The notes under the pieces: generated by a model | What the model saw: only the letters and a program-made list of their open reading frames with translations | Database searches by the model: none | Told to the model about the DNA's origin: nothing | Shown: positions 1 through 8,211 of the stretch, piece by piece | Numbering within the stretch: position 1 is the first letter of the stretch | Layout: each line of letters starts with the position of its first letter | Translations under genes and position numbers: made by a program | NCBI GenBank assembly: GCA_024681195.1 | Contig: JAILBH010000173.1 | Coordinates: forward strand, 1-55,310 | Length of the DNA stretch: 55,310 bases | Reading direction: 5' to 3' | Source: Treponema sp. | Lineage (GTDB): Bacteria > Spirochaetota > Spirochaetia > Treponematales > Treponemataceae

Positions 1-1524
1 TTCCTGACGGCTTCCTACACAGAGAGTATGCTTACAGTCTTCGTCATCACAACGCCAGATTGGGATCGGGTTACCCCAGTAGCGGTTACGGCTTACAGCC
101 CAGTCGCGTGCACCTGCAAGCCATTTACCAAAGCGGCCTTCTTTAATGTGTGATGGCTGCCAGTTTATTTTACTGTTTGCACGGAGCAATACATCATGGT
201 AATCAGCAACCTTTACAAACCAGCTTCCAATTCCGCGGTAAATAAGTGGAGAACCACAGCGCCAGCAGTGAGGATAAGAGTGAACGATTGAATCGCGCTT
301 TACAAGCTTACCCTCATCCTTAAGGCGCTTCATAATTTCTTTATCTGCATCCTTTACAAAAAGGCCCTGGTAGTCAGAAACTTCTTTTGTAAACTTACAT
401 TCTGCGTCGATTGGTTCTACCTCAGGAACGCCGCTGCCTGCAAAAACCTTGTGGTCTTCTTCACCAAAGGCAGGTGCAATATGGACAATACCTGTACCGT
501 CTTCGGTAGAAACATAAAGGGCATTGAACATGCGGAAAGCACCCTTTTCGCACTTCTGTCCGCTCATTTCTTCGCAAACTTTTGGATCCTTAAGATTAGC
601 AAAATATGGGAAGAGAGGCTCGTATTCGGCCCCTATAAATTCACTACCTTTATGGCGATAGATAATTTCGTAGTCGGCTTCGTTTTTGTAGTAGGCAGAT
701 AAACGTGCTTCGGCAAAAATGTAGTAGTCGCCGCTTTCTTTATCCAGGATTTTTACATAGTCAATGTCCGGTCCCATACACAAACCAAGATTGCTTGGCA
801 AGGTCCATGGAGTTGTTGTCCATGCAAGGAAGTATGTCTTTCCGTTTGCCATGTCAGGGTCATTTATACCGGCAGGAGCCTTTGTAATCTTAAAGCGTAC
901 AGTTACAGTCTGATCCTGAACATCCTTATAGCCCTGTGCCAGCTCGTGTGTAGACAGAACAGTAGAACAGCGTGGACAGTAAGGAAGAATATATTTTCCT
1001 TCGTATATGAGCTTTTTATCCCAAAGAGATTTTGCAACCCACCAGATAGATTCCATATATTCCGGATTCATTGTCTTGTAATCATTGTCAAAATCAACCC
1101 AGCGTCCCATACGGGTAATTGTCTGACGCCATTCTTTTGTATAACGTAAAACCGATGCACGACATGCTTCGTTAAACTTATCTATACCCATTGCTTCAAT
1201 TTCGTGCTTTGAGTTGATGTTAAGTTCTTTTTCGATTAAGTTTTCGATAGGAAGACCATGACAGTCCCAACCAAAACGACGTTCTACACGTTTACCTTTC
1301 ATGGTCTGGTAACGTGGAATAATATCCTTAATTGTTGATGGAATAAAATGTCCAAAATGTGGAAGGCCTGTAGCAAACGGAGGGCCATCATAAAAAACAA
1401 AGTCCTCTGCCCCTTCTCTCTGGCTTACAGATTTTTTGAAAATATCGTTATCCTGCCAGAATTTTAAAACTTCTTCTTCCTGTTTAGGAAAATCAACTTT
1501 TGGATCAACCGGTTTAAAACTCAT
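1..1524 (-). CDS. ileS: Isoleucyl-tRNA synthetase, type 2; 3' end lies outside the window
   Basis: Not in the ORF track. The minus strand from ATG 1524 reads MSFKPVDPKVDFPKQEEEVLKFW...FYDGPPFATGLPHFGH...GWDCHGLP...WTTTPWTLPSN...GTGIVH...DWAVSRNRYWG and stays open to base 1. An AAGGA SD lies upstream. Confidence 0.97.
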   Translation of the reverse strand, partial: MSFKPVDPKVDFPKQEEEVLKFWQDNDIFKKSVSQREGAEDFVFYDGPPFATGLPHFGHFIPSTIKDIIPRYQTMKGKRVERRFGWDCHGLPIENLIEKELNINSKHEIEAMGIDKFNEACRASVLRYTKEWRQTITRMGRWVDFDNDYKTMNPEYMESIWWVAKSLWDKKLIYEGKYILPYCPRCSTVLSTHELAQGYKDVQDQTVTVRFKITKAPAGINDPDMANGKTYFLAWTTTPWTLPSNLGLCMGPDIDYVKILDKESGDYYIFAEARLSAYYKNEADYEIIYRHKGSEFIGAEYEPLFPYFANLKDPKVCEEMSGQKCEKGAFRMFNALYVSTEDGTGIVHIAPAFGEEDHKVFAGSGVPEVEPIDAECKFTKEVSDYQGLFVKDADKEIMKRLKDEGKLVKRDSIVHSYPHCWRCGSPLIYRGIGSWFVKVADYHDVLLRANSKINWQPSHIKEGRFGKWLAGARDWAVSRNRYWGNPIPIWRCDDEDCKHTLCVGSRQE

Positions 1525-1638
1525 GAATGTTTCCTTATTTAATTATATTTATAACCTTGTTATTATGTCACAAAAAGAGATTTTATTCTATATGTATGTT
1601 TATCATGTTTTTATCTAAAATTAGAGGAATTACGAAAA

Positions 1639-1667
1639 TTGACTAATCAAGGGTTATGACTTATAAT
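1639..1667 (+). promoter_or_regulatory. sigma70 promoter of the GT8 cluster
   Basis: TTGACT(1639-44)-N17-TATAAT(1662-67). Confidence 0.8.
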
Positions 1668-1676
1668 ATTAAGATA

Positions 1677-2705
1677 ATGGAAAAGACATTTAAACAACAA
1701 ATCCCAATATGTTTTGCAACTGATGATAACTATGTTCCCTTTTTAACAGTTGCTCTTGCTTCTCTTCTTGACAATGCCTCTAAAGAAAACTTTTACAAGA
1801 TTTATGTTCTAACCTCAAAGCTCAGTCAGGAAAACATGGACAGCATCCTTAAGCAGAAAACAGAAAATTCATCCATTGAATTTATTCAACTGTCTAAGGA
1901 ACTCGATAAAGTCGAAAATCTTTTTCATCTTCGCGATTATTATTCTAAAGAGACTTATTATCGTATTTTTATTGCAAATCTTTTTCCACAGTATGAAAAA
2001 GTACTCTATCTTGACTGCGATATTACCGTTCTTGCCGATATAAGTGAGTTATATAATACACAGATTCATGGTTATTATGTAGCTGCAGCCCAGGAAGAAG
2101 TAATGCAAACCTTTGAGGTATTCGGTAATTACGTAGAAAAGGCAGATGGAATTAACCGCAAAGATTATTTTAATGCCGGAATTCTGCTTATTAACTGTAA
2201 ACGCTGGCGAAACAAGCTTATTGCAGAACGCTTTGTAGATCTTTTAAACCGATATACCTTCCGCGTTGTACAGGATGAAGATTATCTGAATGTTTTGTGT
2301 AAAGATAATGTAAAAAGATTACCTTTGGGCTGGAACAAAACTTCTTATAAAAATGAAAATTTTGATGATAAAAACCTTAAAATCATTCACTGGAAAATAA
2401 ACTGGCGTCCATGGAAGTACAAAGATGTTTTATATGAAGAATATTTTTGGAAATATGCTAAAATGACTGATTTTTATGACAAGCTCATAAATATGCGCGA
2501 TTCCAGAACCGAAGAAGACAAAAAGAAAGATGATATCCTTATGGAAAATCTTTGCAACATGGCTCAGGAAGATGCAGATGATCCTAATAACTATCACAGA
2601 ACCGGTGGTAAAAAAGGTATTTTTGGAAGCCTTTGGGCAACATTTATTCACATTATAAAATTCCGAAAAGTTATAAATGCTAGTATTTTCAGGCGGAAAA
2701 GATGA
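1677..2705 (+). CDS. Glycosyltransferase family 8
   Basis: KVLYLDCD (DxD), YFNAGILLIN, QDEDYLN, IIHW..RPW. Start moved from 1656 to 1677 because 1656 lies inside the promoter. Confidence 0.9.
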   Translation: MEKTFKQQIPICFATDDNYVPFLTVALASLLDNASKENFYKIYVLTSKLSQENMDSILKQKTENSSIEFIQLSKELDKVENLFHLRDYYSKETYYRIFIANLFPQYEKVLYLDCDITVLADISELYNTQIHGYYVAAAQEEVMQTFEVFGNYVEKADGINRKDYFNAGILLINCKRWRNKLIAERFVDLLNRYTFRVVQDEDYLNVLCKDNVKRLPLGWNKTSYKNENFDDKNLKIIHWKINWRPWKYKDVLYEEYFWKYAKMTDFYDKLINMRDSRTEEDKKKDDILMENLCNMAQEDADDPNNYHRTGGKKGIFGSLWATFIHIIKFRKVINASIFRRKR

Positions 2706-3568
2706 TCGAAAAAGATAAAGGAAGACTAGAAGTTTTAGCTCGTATTGAAGAATACGAAAAAAAAGGCTGGTTTACAAAGGATGTTGAAGAAGACCCTCCA
2801 ACAATTCCTCTTACTCCAGATAAAGTAGATTACCTTAATAAAAAGCTTTCTAACAAAATTGCAACACTTTTTGTAAACATAATTGCAATTCACTTTATTA
2901 AAAAACTGGTTAAAACCGGCCAGATGATTATTAAAGACATCCGCGGAATTGAAAATTATCTTGCAATTAAGAATTCCGGAGCAATTCTTACCTGTAATCA
3001 TTTTAATCCTTTTGATAATTTTGCGATTCACTATGCTTTATTTCCCTATATGTATTATAAAAACGGAAAACCCCTTTATAAGGTAATCCGTGAAGGTAAC
3101 TTTACAAATTTTCCGGGACTTTATGGATTTTTCTTCCGCCATTGTAATACACTTCCTTTAAGTGCAAACTTTTCTACTATGAAAAATTTTATGCACGCTA
3201 TAAAGGTTCTTCTTAAGCGTGGAGAAAAAATTCTTGTTTATGCAGAACAGGGAATGTGGTGGAATTATAGAAAGCCTCGTCCGCTTACAGCAGGAGCCTT
3301 TAAATTTTCTGCAGAAAGTAATGTTCCGGTCCTTCCAATTTTTATAACCATGAATGATTCAGACAAAATTGGTGGAGACGGCTTTCCTCTTCAGGAATAT
3401 ACCCTTCACTTTTTGCCTGCTATTTATCCTGATCCGGAAAAATCAGTTAAAGAAAACATGAAAATGATGAGGGATAAAAACTATGCAGCATGGAAAGAGG
3501 TTTACGAATCAGTTTATGGAATTCCACTTACCTATTCCTGCGGCCCAATTGAAAATCTTGATTTATAA
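2702..3568 (+). CDS. PlsC-family (lysophospholipid) acyltransferase
   Basis: NHFNPFD (HX4D) and YAEQG motifs; ATGA overlap with the GT8 gene. Confidence 0.85.
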   Translation: MIEKDKGRLEVLARIEEYEKKGWFTKDVEEDPPTIPLTPDKVDYLNKKLSNKIATLFVNIIAIHFIKKLVKTGQMIIKDIRGIENYLAIKNSGAILTCNHFNPFDNFAIHYALFPYMYYKNGKPLYKVIREGNFTNFPGLYGFFFRHCNTLPLSANFSTMKNFMHAIKVLLKRGEKILVYAEQGMWWNYRKPRPLTAGAFKFSAESNVPVLPIFITMNDSDKIGGDGFPLQEYTLHFLPAIYPDPEKSVKENMKMMRDKNYAAWKEVYESVYGIPLTYSCGPIENLDL

Positions 3569-3592
3569 CTTTTTATAACCTTTGGAGGACTT

Positions 3593-4186
3593 ATGCTTTT
3601 ATACATTCTTGTAATTGGTATTGCCATGGTTTTGGTTTTCTGCGGAAACGTTTTCTGGTCTCCAATCGATATGTCGCTTTTAAAAATCTCTCTTTTAACT
3701 TTAATGCTTCCATTCCTTATGGTTGCCTGGGATGGAATTTTTGCAACACTTATCAGAAGGGCCTTTCCAGAAAAATGGTTTACAAAAGATGTTAAATTCC
3801 ATGATGTTGGTAAAAAGGAATGTAAATTCTATGAGCTTCTTGGAATAAAACTCTGGAAGGATCATGTACTTGAACTTGGTATGTTTACAAGCTTTAGTAA
3901 GAAAAAGGTTTCAAATCCTAATGACCCTGAATATATTTCCAGATTCATAATGGAATGTAATTATGGTGCTCAGATTCATCTTTGGAATTTTATTCTTGGT
4001 TTTGTACCAATCTTTTTCTTCCCGAGAGAAATTGGAATACGCTTTATTCTTCCGGCTGTAATTGCAAATTCAATCCTTAGCATTCTTCCGCTTATGATTT
4101 TGCGCTATAACGTGCCAAGATTAAAAAGATTACTTGCAGTTCTTGAAAAAAAGGCAGCAAGGGCTTCATCGACTTTGACAAAATAA
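3593..4186 (+). CDS. Membrane protein resembling the CrtO-type glycosyl acyltransferase family
   Basis: YELLGIKLWKD, RFIMECNYGAQIHLW, LPLMILRYNVPRL recall CrtO family motifs; several TM helices; GGAGG SD. Confidence 0.6.
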   Translation: MLLYILVIGIAMVLVFCGNVFWSPIDMSLLKISLLTLMLPFLMVAWDGIFATLIRRAFPEKWFTKDVKFHDVGKKECKFYELLGIKLWKDHVLELGMFTSFSKKKVSNPNDPEYISRFIMECNYGAQIHLWNFILGFVPIFFFPREIGIRFILPAVIANSILSILPLMILRYNVPRLKRLLAVLEKKAARASSTLTK

Positions 4187-4192
4187 AAGAAC

Positions 4193-4221
4193 TTGTCAAA
4201 ATAAACTTCTACTGATATAAT
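4193..4221 (+). promoter_or_regulatory. sigma70 promoter of the second GT8, overlapped by an inverted repeat
   Basis: TTGTCA-N17-TATAAT; TTTGACAA(4174-81)...TTGTCAAA(4193-4200). Confidence 0.7.
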
Positions 4222-4241
4222 TAATACAGGTGGTAAGACAT

Positions 4242-5336
4242 ATGTCTATATTCAGTAGAAAAATCGAAGAAATCCCTATTTTCTTTGCGTCGGATAATAA
4301 TTATGCACCCTACCTCGCAGTTGCTTTAAAGTCTCTGCTTTCTAATGCTTCATCAGATTATTTTTATAAAATCCATATACTTACAACTAAACTTGACGAA
4401 GAAATCTGCACAAAGCTGCTTAAGCTTAAAACAGATAATTCTTCGATTCAAATTATAAGCCTTGCAGATGAAATTGAGCACATAAAGAATAGATTCCAGC
4501 TCAGAGATTATTATTCAATTGAAACATATTACAGATTCTTTATTCCTGATCTGTTCCCTCAGTATGATAAGGTTTTATATCTTGACTGTGATATTACAGT
4601 TCTTGGTGATATCTCTAACCTTTACCTTACAAACATTTCTAACTTCTTAGTTGCAGCAGCTCAGGAACAGGTTATGGCTCATTACAAAGTTTTTGGTGAT
4701 TATGTAGAAAAAGCCCTGGACGTAAAAGTAAAGAATTACTTTAATGCCGGAGTTCTTTTGATGAACACAAAGATGTTCCGCGCCTGCAGAATTACACAGA
4801 AATTCTTTAAGATGATGAGCGAATACAAATTCCGTGTAACTCAAGATGAGGACTATCTGAACGTTATCTGTAAAGATAAGGTAAAGAAGCTTAACATTGG
4901 CTGGAATAAAATGCCTTTTGAAGAAACCGGTTTTGATAACCTTGACCTTCAGCTTATTCATTATAATCTTGGCTGGAAACCATGGCATTATGAAGGAGTT
5001 CTTTACGAAGAATACTTCTGGCAGTATGCACAGCAGACAGAGTTTTATGAGCAGATTCATAAAGAGCTCAAAGGCTTTACAGATGAACAGCGTCAAAGAG
5101 ACAAAGACTCTTTTGAAAAGCTAAAGATTATGGCAATTGAAGATATTAACGATCCTGACAATTACCGCAACAGCCAGATTAAAGCAAAGAATTATATTTC
5201 CAGAGGACTCAAGACTTTTGGAGAACTTCCATATATCAAAGGAATCAAAAGAGTTATCAATGCTCAAAGCAGTAAATTTATTTACAAATACTTTACCGGC
5301 TCTGAGAACGAAGAGACTACTGGTTCGAAGGAATAG
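4242..5336 (+). CDS. Glycosyltransferase family 8, paralog of 1677..2705
   Basis: LRDYYSIETYYRFFI, KVLYLDCD, YFNAGVLL, QDEDYLN. AGGTGG SD favours ATG 4242. Confidence 0.9.
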   Translation: MSIFSRKIEEIPIFFASDNNYAPYLAVALKSLLSNASSDYFYKIHILTTKLDEEICTKLLKLKTDNSSIQIISLADEIEHIKNRFQLRDYYSIETYYRFFIPDLFPQYDKVLYLDCDITVLGDISNLYLTNISNFLVAAAQEQVMAHYKVFGDYVEKALDVKVKNYFNAGVLLMNTKMFRACRITQKFFKMMSEYKFRVTQDEDYLNVICKDKVKKLNIGWNKMPFEETGFDNLDLQLIHYNLGWKPWHYEGVLYEEYFWQYAQQTEFYEQIHKELKGFTDEQRQRDKDSFEKLKIMAIEDINDPDNYRNSQIKAKNYISRGLKTFGELPYIKGIKRVINAQSSKFIYKYFTGSENEETTGSKE

Positions 5337-6219
5337 CCGGAAGCTTGACCGGGAAAATAGGTTCCGGATCAGGTTTTCTGCGTGAATTTGCTTCTTTTAT
5401 AATCTGCATTAAATTCTCAAAAGTTGTTTTATCTGTTAGCTTTGTAAGATAGGGCTCCTGGTTTAATATAAGAACATTGTTTTCACTATTAAATATTGCG
5501 TTAGCCTTATCTAATTCAAATGCAGGCATTGTATTACGAACTTTTTTGCTGCGTCCATTTACGCATGAATAATTTGTTCCGTCGGCAAAAAGATGTTTTG
5601 GAACAGAATATTCTTCATTCTTATATTTGAATAAAACAAAAGAAGAGTCATAATCCATATCTGTAAGCCAGTAGCGTACATCATAATATTTATTATCTTT
5701 TAGAATCAAAAGACTAATATTTTGATCTGTTGCCTGTTCATACATCAAAAATCCTAATGATTCCTGAAAGCTTCGCCAGAGTGTATAATCAGCCCTTGTT
5801 TCTTCATCCTGGAGTTCAATTTTTATATATGGATTTAAATAAATTTTATTATCAATAATTGCAAAGCTTGTTATATTTTGATTATGTTTTGAATAATTTA
5901 AATTAATCTGATATGCGTTTGAATTATTACTTTTAGTGATTGTATATGGAATAAGCTCGGGCTCTTTGTGAGTTGCAGCATTTGGTGTACGGGCTTCTTT
6001 TTCTTTATAATCTAAAGGTTCAGCTGCCCTGTCATAATACCAGCCGTAATAGGTTTTTAGAATAATTACAAGTTCAGGATTTTCATCGTCTGCTGCATTT
6101 TCAAAGAAAACAAATCTATCCTTTCCTTCCCAGATTCCATCTAATTCCTTGGGAATTATCTGAGAGAATACAGGACTGATTAATGCTATTAACAGAACGA
6201 CTAAAAATCCTTTTTTCAT
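5317..6219 (-). CDS. Hypothetical exported protein
   Basis: 300-aa ORF with signal peptide MKKGFLVVLLIALISPVFS; its 3' end overlaps the convergent GT8 by 20 nt. Confidence 0.75.
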   Translation of the reverse strand: MKKGFLVVLLIALISPVFSQIIPKELDGIWEGKDRFVFFENAADDENPELVIILKTYYGWYYDRAAEPLDYKEKEARTPNAATHKEPELIPYTITKSNNSNAYQINLNYSKHNQNITSFAIIDNKIYLNPYIKIELQDEETRADYTLWRSFQESLGFLMYEQATDQNISLLILKDNKYYDVRYWLTDMDYDSSFVLFKYKNEEYSVPKHLFADGTNYSCVNGRSKKVRNTMPAFELDKANAIFNSENNVLILNQEPYLTKLTDKTTFENLMQIIKEANSRRKPDPEPIFPVKLPAIPSNQ

Positions 6220-6260
6220 GTATATAGATTATCGGAGAGTTTTAGTTTATACTTAATGAT

Positions 6261-7433
6261 ATGACTTATCTTGCAAAACTTGGAGAGCTTACTTTAAAAG
6301 GCTCAAATATTCAGGAATTTGAAAACCTGTTAAAACACAATACAGCAAAATGCCTTGAAGGAACTAAAAGCCGCATTACTTTACGTGCCGGCCGACTTTA
6401 TATAGATACTCCGGATGAAAATTCACAAAAGGTTGAATTTCTTCTTAACCACCTTATCGGAATTACAGGCTGGGCCAAATGCGAGATTACCGAAAAAGAT
6501 ATTGAAGCAATTAAAAAAACCGTTTATGAGCTTGCAAAGAAGCAGGCAGATAAAGGCTGCAAAACCTTTAAGATTGATTCACGCCGCGCAGATAAAGCTT
6601 TTCCTTTAAATTCCTACCAGATTAACTGTGAAGCAGCCGGACCCGTAGAAAGCCTTATGAAAGTTGATGTTCATAATCCTGACTGCATTATTTATGTAGA
6701 AGTCCGTGAACAGGTTTATGTTTATACAGATTCCGAAACAGGCTGCAGGGGTCTTCCTGTTGGTTCAAGTGGAAAAGGTCTTTTACTTTTGTCAGGCGGA
6801 TTAGATTCTCCGGTTGCAGGTTATAGAATGCTTAGACGCGGCATGAAGATAGAATGCTGTTATTTTCATTCCTATCCTTATACTTCAGAAGAAGCTAAGC
6901 AAAAAGTTGTTACACTGGGACAAAAGCTTGCTTATTACGGAATTCAGACATATTTGAACATAATTCCATTTACTGATGTACAGATGCGCATTAAAGAAAA
7001 GGCACCGGAAGCGTGGTCTACTTTAATACTACGGGTTTGTATGATGAAGGTTGCAAATCTGCTTGCAAAACGCTGCAACGCAAAATGTATTATTACGGGA
7101 GAAAGCGTTGGTCAGGTTGCGAGTCAGACTATCGAAAACATGACTGTTACAGAACATTTTTCTGGATATCCTATGATGAGACCCTGCTGTGGCCTTGATA
7201 AAGAAGAAATTATAAGAACGGCAGAAGACATAGATACATACGAAACTTCAATCTTACCTTATGAAGACTGTTGTGTTTTGTTCAGTCCACGCCATCCTGT
7301 TTTAAGAGGCCGTGTAGAAGAAGCAGAAGAAATTTACAAAAGTCTTGAAGTTGACCAGCTGATTAAAAAGGCTTATGAAGAACGCGAAATTGTTAAACTG
7401 ACTTTTGCAGGTGAACCTGAATGGAAGTGCTGA
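6261..7433 (+). CDS. thiI: tRNA 4-thiouridine synthase (THUMP + PP-loop, no rhodanese domain)
   Basis: GELTLKG, LLSGGLDSPVA, TGESVGQVASQT, EDCC. Confidence 0.95.
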   Translation: MTYLAKLGELTLKGSNIQEFENLLKHNTAKCLEGTKSRITLRAGRLYIDTPDENSQKVEFLLNHLIGITGWAKCEITEKDIEAIKKTVYELAKKQADKGCKTFKIDSRRADKAFPLNSYQINCEAAGPVESLMKVDVHNPDCIIYVEVREQVYVYTDSETGCRGLPVGSSGKGLLLLSGGLDSPVAGYRMLRRGMKIECCYFHSYPYTSEEAKQKVVTLGQKLAYYGIQTYLNIIPFTDVQMRIKEKAPEAWSTLILRVCMMKVANLLAKRCNAKCIITGESVGQVASQTIENMTVTEHFSGYPMMRPCCGLDKEEIIRTAEDIDTYETSILPYEDCCVLFSPRHPVLRGRVEEAEEIYKSLEVDQLIKKAYEEREIVKLTFAGEPEWKC

Positions 7434-7434
7434 T

Positions 7435-8211
7435 ATGAAAAAAGAAGATAAAGAACTTATTTTTGACCTTTTAAAAAAAGCAGACTCTTACGTTCAAGGT
7501 TATACAGGCAATTCATTTCTTAATAAGCCGGTATTCGAAGATGATATTGAGGTTAAAGCTGTGGCGGCAGTTGAAGCTGTGACACAAGCTGCAGCTGTAC
7601 CGCCAGTTGAAGCTGTGACCCCGGCTGCAACCTCATCCCCTGCCCCTGGCCTTACCCTTGATGAGCTTAATGCAAAGATTCTTCGCTGTACAAAGTGTCC
7701 GCTTGCCCGAACAAGAAACAATGTAGTTCCGGGAGAAGGTGTTTCTAATCCGGAGGTTCTTGTTATTGGCGAAGGACCAGGTTATGAAGAGGATATGTCT
7801 GGCCGCCCATTTGTGGGAAAAGCCGGAGTTCTTTTAGACAAGATGCTTAATGCAATTGAACTGGACAGAAAGACAAATTGTTTTATTGCAAATGTTGTAA
7901 AATGTCGTCCGCCAGAAAATCGGGATCCTGAACCTTCAGAACAATCTGCATGCGAAGGCTTTTTACAGGCTCAGATTCATATCTTAAAACCAAAAATGAT
8001 TTTATGTATGGGCCGTATAGCAGGTCATAAAATGCTTGATACAACTGTACCGCTTTCTGAAATGAGAGGAAGCTTTCATGATTATAACGGCATTCCTCTT
8101 ATGGTAACATATCATCCAAGTGCACTTTTAAGGGATGAAAGCCTTAAGAAACCCGCCTGGGAAGATCTTAAAGCCTTCAAAAAAAAGCTTAATGAACTTA
8201 CAGGTAAATAA
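7435..8211 (+). CDS. udg: Uracil-DNA glycosylase family 4
   Basis: CTKCPL Fe-S ligands, GEGPG, GRPFVG, VKCRPPENR, YHPSALLR. ATG 7435 follows the thiI stop. Confidence 0.92.
   Translation: MKKEDKELIFDLLKKADSYVQGYTGNSFLNKPVFEDDIEVKAVAAVEAVTQAAAVPPVEAVTPAATSSPAPGLTLDELNAKILRCTKCPLARTRNNVVPGEGVSNPEVLVIGEGPGYEEDMSGRPFVGKAGVLLDKMLNAIELDRKTNCFIANVVKCRPPENRDPEPSEQSACEGFLQAQIHILKPKMILCMGRIAGHKMLDTTVPLSEMRGSFHDYNGIPLMVTYHPSALLRDESLKKPAWEDLKAFKKKLNELTGK
7568..7619 (+). repeat. In-frame direct repeat (CAGTTGAAGCTGTGAC x2) in the Ala/Val/Pro linker of UDG
   Basis: 16-mer at 7568 and 7604 encoding VEAVT twice. Confidence 0.75.

Noticed and set aside
451-1618. Four short plus-strand ORFs
   Set aside because: They lie antisense to ileS, which the ORF track missed because it runs off the window.
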